Source of the DNA: Pseudophaeobacter sp. EL27
Lineage (GTDB): Bacteria; Pseudomonadota; Alphaproteobacteria; Rhodobacterales; Rhodobacteraceae
Length of the DNA stretch: 64,000 nt
Reading direction: 5' to 3'
Assembly (NCBI RefSeq): GCF_900313025.1
Contig: NZ_OMPQ01000008.1
Location: forward strand, 394,482-458,481
Under the pieces are notes generated by a model, which saw only the letters and a program-made list of their open reading frames with translations, had not been told where the DNA came from and searched no databases. Shown here piece after piece: positions 60,061 to 64,000 of the stretch. The translations under genes were made by a program, and so were the position numbers. Position 1 is the stretch's first letter; every line of letters starts with the position of its first letter.

Positions 60061-61134
60061 TTAGCGCTGCCCCTGCGCCGCCTGCATTTCCTGCACTAAA
60101 AGCCGCAGCATTTCACCGCTTGCCATCGGACGTGAGCCTGCTGCCCCCTTGCCTGCCCATTGCGCTCCAAAGCCTGTATCGCCTGCCGATTTGGCCGCCG
60201 CATTCAGGGCTTTGCCTGCATCATAGGCAATGGGGTAGTCCGGGATCTGCGCTCCCCCCTGTGCCTCGGCCCAAGAGGTAAAACCATTGACCAGACAGCG
60301 GGCCGATCGACCAGAGATCGCAGCTGTCATACGCGTTCCCGCTTCAGCTGCAGCAGCCAGAGCATCACGATACCCCTGATCCGCCTGGCTTTCGTCACTG
60401 CCCACAAAGGCGGTTCCCAACTGCGCTGCACTTGCACCCAGTTGCAGGGCATGGGCGATATCACCGCCCGTCATCAAACCACCGGCAGCAATCACCGGGA
60501 TGTCCAGCCCAGCGACCAGCGCAACCGTCAGATCCCATGTGCTTTGCTGCGGATCCTCAGCCTCCGGGTCAAAGATGCCACGATGCCCCCCGGCCTCCCA
60601 GCCCTGCGCCACAACCGCATCAATACCTGCCGCCTGAATGGCCCGCCCTTCGTCCGGCGAGGTGGCTGTGGCCATAAGCAAGATCCCCTTGGCTTTCAGC
60701 GCCTTGATGAGCGCTTTATCTGGCAGGCCAAAATGAAAACTCACCACAGGCGGGGCTTCGTCCAACAGCATCTGCTGGGCGGCAGAATCCACACAGAAGC
60801 TGGTATAGATTTCAGAAAGCCTTTGAGGTGGGGCAGCGCCAAAGCGCGCAAACAAAGGCGCAAGCCGGTCAAGCCAGGACGCCTCGATCGCTGCATCCGC
60901 CTGCGCGGGCCTGTGGCAAAACACATTTATGTTGAAGGGCTTATCGGTCAGTGCACGGGTGGCGCGGATCATCTTGCGGGCCTGTTCGGGCGTGGCGGCC
61001 CCAATGCCCAACGCGCCCAGCCCCCCAGCCTCGCTCACGGCGGCAGCCATCGCAGGGGTACTGACCCCCGCCATTGGCGCCTGAAAGATCGGCCAGTCAA
61101 TCCCGATCCGCGCTGTGATACTCTGCCCCTGCAT
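60061..61134 (-). CDS. Nitronate monooxygenase (NMO / 2-nitropropane dioxygenase family, FMN TIM barrel)
   Basis: N-terminal IFQAPMAGVST and GGLGALG motifs. Confidence 0.8.
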   Translation of the reverse strand: MQGQSITARIGIDWPIFQAPMAGVSTPAMAAAVSEAGGLGALGIGAATPEQARKMIRATRALTDKPFNINVFCHRPAQADAAIEASWLDRLAPLFARFGAAPPQRLSEIYTSFCVDSAAQQMLLDEAPPVVSFHFGLPDKALIKALKAKGILLMATATSPDEGRAIQAAGIDAVVAQGWEAGGHRGIFDPEAEDPQQSTWDLTVALVAGLDIPVIAAGGLMTGGDIAHALQLGASAAQLGTAFVGSDESQADQGYRDALAAAAEAGTRMTAAISGRSARCLVNGFTSWAEAQGGAQIPDYPIAYDAGKALNAAAKSAGDTGFGAQWAGKGAAGSRPMASGEMLRLLVQEMQAAQGQR

Positions 61135-61250
61135 GACCTATACTCCTGCCCCGTTCCAAGCACAGAAAACCAGATCAGCAGCCGAAGGCAAGACAAAGAG
61201 AAGGGGCCAGTGTTTCTACTGGCCCCTGCAAAATACGATCAATCGCGGGA

Positions 61251-61679
61251 TTACCCGATCGAGACCAGCTCGATGTCAAAGTTCAGGTCCTTACCCGCCA
61301 GCTGGTGGTTGGCATCCAGGGTCACGGTGGAGTCAGTGACTTCAACAACAGTTACCGGCAGCACATGGCCTTCGGGGCTTTGCATCTGCAACTGAGTGCC
61401 CAGCTCCAGCGGGATATCATCAGGAATGCCTTCGCGCGGGATCGCTTGACGGGCCTCGGGGTTCAGCGGGCCATAGGCATCCGCTGCTGGAATTTCGAGG
61501 CGCTTTTTATCGCCAACAACCATGCCCGGCAGCCCGGCATCCATGCCTGCAATCACCTGACCAGAGCCCACAGTGAACTCCAGCGGATCCCGTCCTTCGG
61601 AGCTGTCAAAGACAGAGCCATCTGTTAGGGTGCCCGTATAGTGAATGCGGACGGTATCGCCGTTCTTTACCTCGGTCAT
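61251..61679 (-). CDS. FKBP-type peptidyl-prolyl cis-trans isomerase (SlyD/FkpB-like)
   Basis: 142 aa. GDTVRIHYTGTL.DGSVFDSS...FTVGSGQVI..MD core. Confidence 0.85.
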   Translation of the reverse strand: MTEVKNGDTVRIHYTGTLTDGSVFDSSEGRDPLEFTVGSGQVIAGMDAGLPGMVVGDKKRLEIPAADAYGPLNPEARQAIPREGIPDDIPLELGTQLQMQSPEGHVLPVTVVEVTDSTVTLDANHQLAGKDLNFDIELVSIG

Positions 61680-61893
61680 GTGACCTCCAGTCTATGTACA
61701 AGTTACAGTGGCCGGCACCCTACAGTTAACGGTGGCGAAGTAAAGGCGCAGGCGCCTTTTGGCCTGCCTTGTCTGGGAAATAGGGACCCCTCCCTGCGGA
61801 CCTCTGAGATCCGAGTGAGAATTGTATCCATCACAAGTTCGCGCTTTGCGCCCCGCCCAAGCCCGTGACAGGATGCCACAAAGGGAGAATGCA

Positions 61894-62580
61894 ATGCCGA
61901 TCACCACCTGTGTTTTTGACGCCTATGGCACGCTGTTTGATGTCGCCGCCGCAGCCCGCCAGGCTGCCTCCGAGCCCGCGTTTCCACATCTGCAGGACAA
62001 TTGGGCTGCCCTAGCCAACCATTGGCGGTTGAAACAGCTGCAATATACCTGGCTGCGCGCCATCACGGATGCCCATTGCGGCTTTTGGCAGGTCACGCAG
62101 GATGGGCTCGACTGGGCGCTGGAAGCCACCGGGCTGGCCGGAGATCCAAAACTGCGCCAACGGCTGCTGGATCTGTATTGGGAACTTCAGGCCTATCCGG
62201 AAGTCCCCGCCATGCTGCAGGCACTGAAAGACGCCGGGATGAACACGGCGATCCTGTCCAACGGCTCCCCCGACATGCTGGACGGAGCGGTGCAATCGGC
62301 GGGTATCGGAGCTGTGTTGGATGATGTGCTCTCAGTCGAAAGCGTCGGCATCTTCAAACCGGACTCGCGGGTCTATGACCTGGTAGGACAGCGCTTTGGC
62401 TGTGCCAAGGACGAGGTACTCTTTGTCTCCTCCAATGGCTGGGACGCCGCCGGTGCCGCAGGCTACGGGTTCACCACCGCCTGGGTCAATCGCGCGGCAG
62501 AGCCAATGGACCGGCTGCCCTGGACCCCACAACATGTGCTGAGCGATCTGACCTCTATCCCTGATTTAGCTGCCAAATAA
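61894..62580 (+). CDS. Haloacid dehalogenase type II (HAD superfamily)
   Basis: Motif I VFDAYGTLFDV. Internal ATG start with a GGGAGAA RBS. Confidence 0.8.
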   Translation: MPITTCVFDAYGTLFDVAAAARQAASEPAFPHLQDNWAALANHWRLKQLQYTWLRAITDAHCGFWQVTQDGLDWALEATGLAGDPKLRQRLLDLYWELQAYPEVPAMLQALKDAGMNTAILSNGSPDMLDGAVQSAGIGAVLDDVLSVESVGIFKPDSRVYDLVGQRFGCAKDEVLFVSSNGWDAAGAAGYGFTTAWVNRAAEPMDRLPWTPQHVLSDLTSIPDLAAK

Positions 62581-62595
62581 CCGAGGTTTTCCAGC

Positions 62596-63429
62596 ATGAG
62601 CTTTTTCACCACCTCGGATGGGTTGTCGTTGTTTTACGAGGAAAGCGGCACGCCGACAGGCACGCCGCTGATCTGCCTCGCAGGCCTCACACGGGATAGC
62701 CGGGATTTTCGCTACTTCACCCCCCATGCCCAGCACTATCGCCTGATTACGCTGGATGCGCGCGGGCGCGGTCAGTCAGAGCATGACACTGACTTCAGCA
62801 CCTACAATGTCCCGCGCGAGGCCCAGGACGTGTTGGAACTGATGGATCATCTTTCCCTTCCCAAGGCCGCGATCCTTGGCACCTCACGTGGCGGCATGGT
62901 GGCCATGATGCTGGCGGCTACGGCCAAGGAGCGGCTCACGGCGGTGATCCTCAACGATGTCGGCCCAGTCATTCCAGCCGATGGCATCGACCGCATTATG
63001 CAATATGTCGGCCGCCGCCCCGCCGCCAAAACCTATGCACAGGCTGCCGATACCCTGGCCGCCCTGATGGCGCCGGCCTTTGGCGATGTCCCCGCCCAGC
63101 GCTGGCGCGAAGAGGTAGAGTCCTTCTACGATGCCAGTGATGACGGCCTGCAGCTGCGTTATGATCCGCGCATCCGCGATGCGCTGCTGGCCCAGGCCGA
63201 GACAGGCCCGGTGCCGGATCTCTGGCCACTGTTCATGACGCTCGAAGACCTCCCCTGCGGCGTCATCCGCGGCGCCAATTCTGATGTGCTGAGCCATGAA
63301 ACCTATCAGGAGATGCAAGAACGCCTGCCGAAGATGCAGGCCGTGGAGCTTGCCAATCGCGGCCATGTCCCCTTCCTTGATGAACCCCAATCCCTTTCTC
63401 TTATTCATTCCGTTCTGGAGAACATCTGA
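62596..63429 (+). CDS. Alpha/beta hydrolase fold protein
   Basis: GTSRGG nucleophile elbow (G-x-S-x-G) and an HG oxyanion region. Confidence 0.75.
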   Translation: MSFFTTSDGLSLFYEESGTPTGTPLICLAGLTRDSRDFRYFTPHAQHYRLITLDARGRGQSEHDTDFSTYNVPREAQDVLELMDHLSLPKAAILGTSRGGMVAMMLAATAKERLTAVILNDVGPVIPADGIDRIMQYVGRRPAAKTYAQAADTLAALMAPAFGDVPAQRWREEVESFYDASDDGLQLRYDPRIRDALLAQAETGPVPDLWPLFMTLEDLPCGVIRGANSDVLSHETYQEMQERLPKMQAVELANRGHVPFLDEPQSLSLIHSVLENI

Positions 63430-64000
63430 TGTCATCCTTTGAAATGATCCAGGCCGCAGCTCAGCGGCTGCAGGGCCACGCCCGTGTCACGCCGATGCTA
63501 ACCTCTCCCTTTCTCGATGAAATCGCCGGGCGTCGTGTTTTGGTCAAGGCCGAGTGCCTGCAACACACCGGATCCTTTAAGTTTCGCGGCGGTTGGGCTG
63601 CGGTCTCTGCCCTCTCAGAAGCGGAAAAAGCGCGCGGTGTTTTGGCCTTTTCCAGCGGCAATCATGCCCAGGGCGTCGCCGCCGCCGCCAAGGCTCACGG
63701 CGTCACGGCTGTCATCCTGATGCCCAATGATGCGCCGAGCCTCAAGATCGAAAACACCCGCGCCCTGGGGGCCGAAGTGGTGCTCTATGATCGCGCCGGC
63801 GGAGAAGACCGCGACGCCATCGGCCACTCCCTGGCAAAGGAGCGCGGCCTCACCCTGATCAAACCCTATGACGAGCCGCAGGTGATCGCCGGTCAGGGCA
63901 GTGTTGGCCTGGAAATCGCAGAACAGGCCGCCCAGGAGGGCGTCAGCAAAGCCGACCTTCTGGTTTGTTGCGGCGGCGGGGGCTTGACCAGCGGCATCGC
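63428..64000 (+). CDS. PLP-dependent threonine/serine dehydratase family (fold-type II; 3-hydroxyaspartate ammonia-lyase-like), 5' part only
   Basis: PLP lysine motif SFKFRG and Gly-rich GGGGL loop. Continues past the window end. Confidence 0.7.

Noticed and set aside
60160-61395. 411-aa ORF antisense to the NMO and FKBP genes
   Set aside because: It spans two real minus-strand genes. Arg/Cys-rich shadow translation.

Overview
This is a high-GC (~60–65%) chromosomal segment that resembles a Rhodobacteraceae (Roseobacter-group) alphaproteobacterium. Most of it is housekeeping: frmA/adhC, ychF, trpA, rplY–pth, trpB–trpF, ihfB–rpsA, cmk–aroA, trmB, metK, lnt–corC–ybeY–phoH–miaB and irr–fabA–fabB–fabI. 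Accessory islets interrupt it. The main accessory locus at about 9.3–19.7 kb holds a type I secretion system (Ig-like-repeat adhesin substrate, then TolC, HlyB-like ABC transporter and HlyD adaptor) with a secreted trypsin-like serine protease next to it. A full-consensus CtrA box (TTAA-N7-TTAAC) lies upstream. The same intergenic region runs divergently into the prkA–yeaH–spoVR stress operon. Other points of interest are a CsoR/RcnR-family metal sensor coupled to an MFS exporter with a His-rich tail. A translationally coupled pair of small membrane proteins resembles SdpA/SdpB. A GC-hairpin intergenic element occurs twice. Several AT-rich orphan genes sit inside conserved gene pairs, notably between fabA and fabB and next to cmk. 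Two paralogous Cys-containing 'CEHW' domain proteins sit inside the miaB–phoH cluster. A tandem pair of tRNA-like genes has non-canonical acceptor stems by manual folding. Many long antisense ORFs in the track are GC-driven shadow ORFs and are rejected. All calls come from reading the sequence and translations; no database search was run. Coordinates of refined starts are tool-frame based and may be off by about 1 nt.
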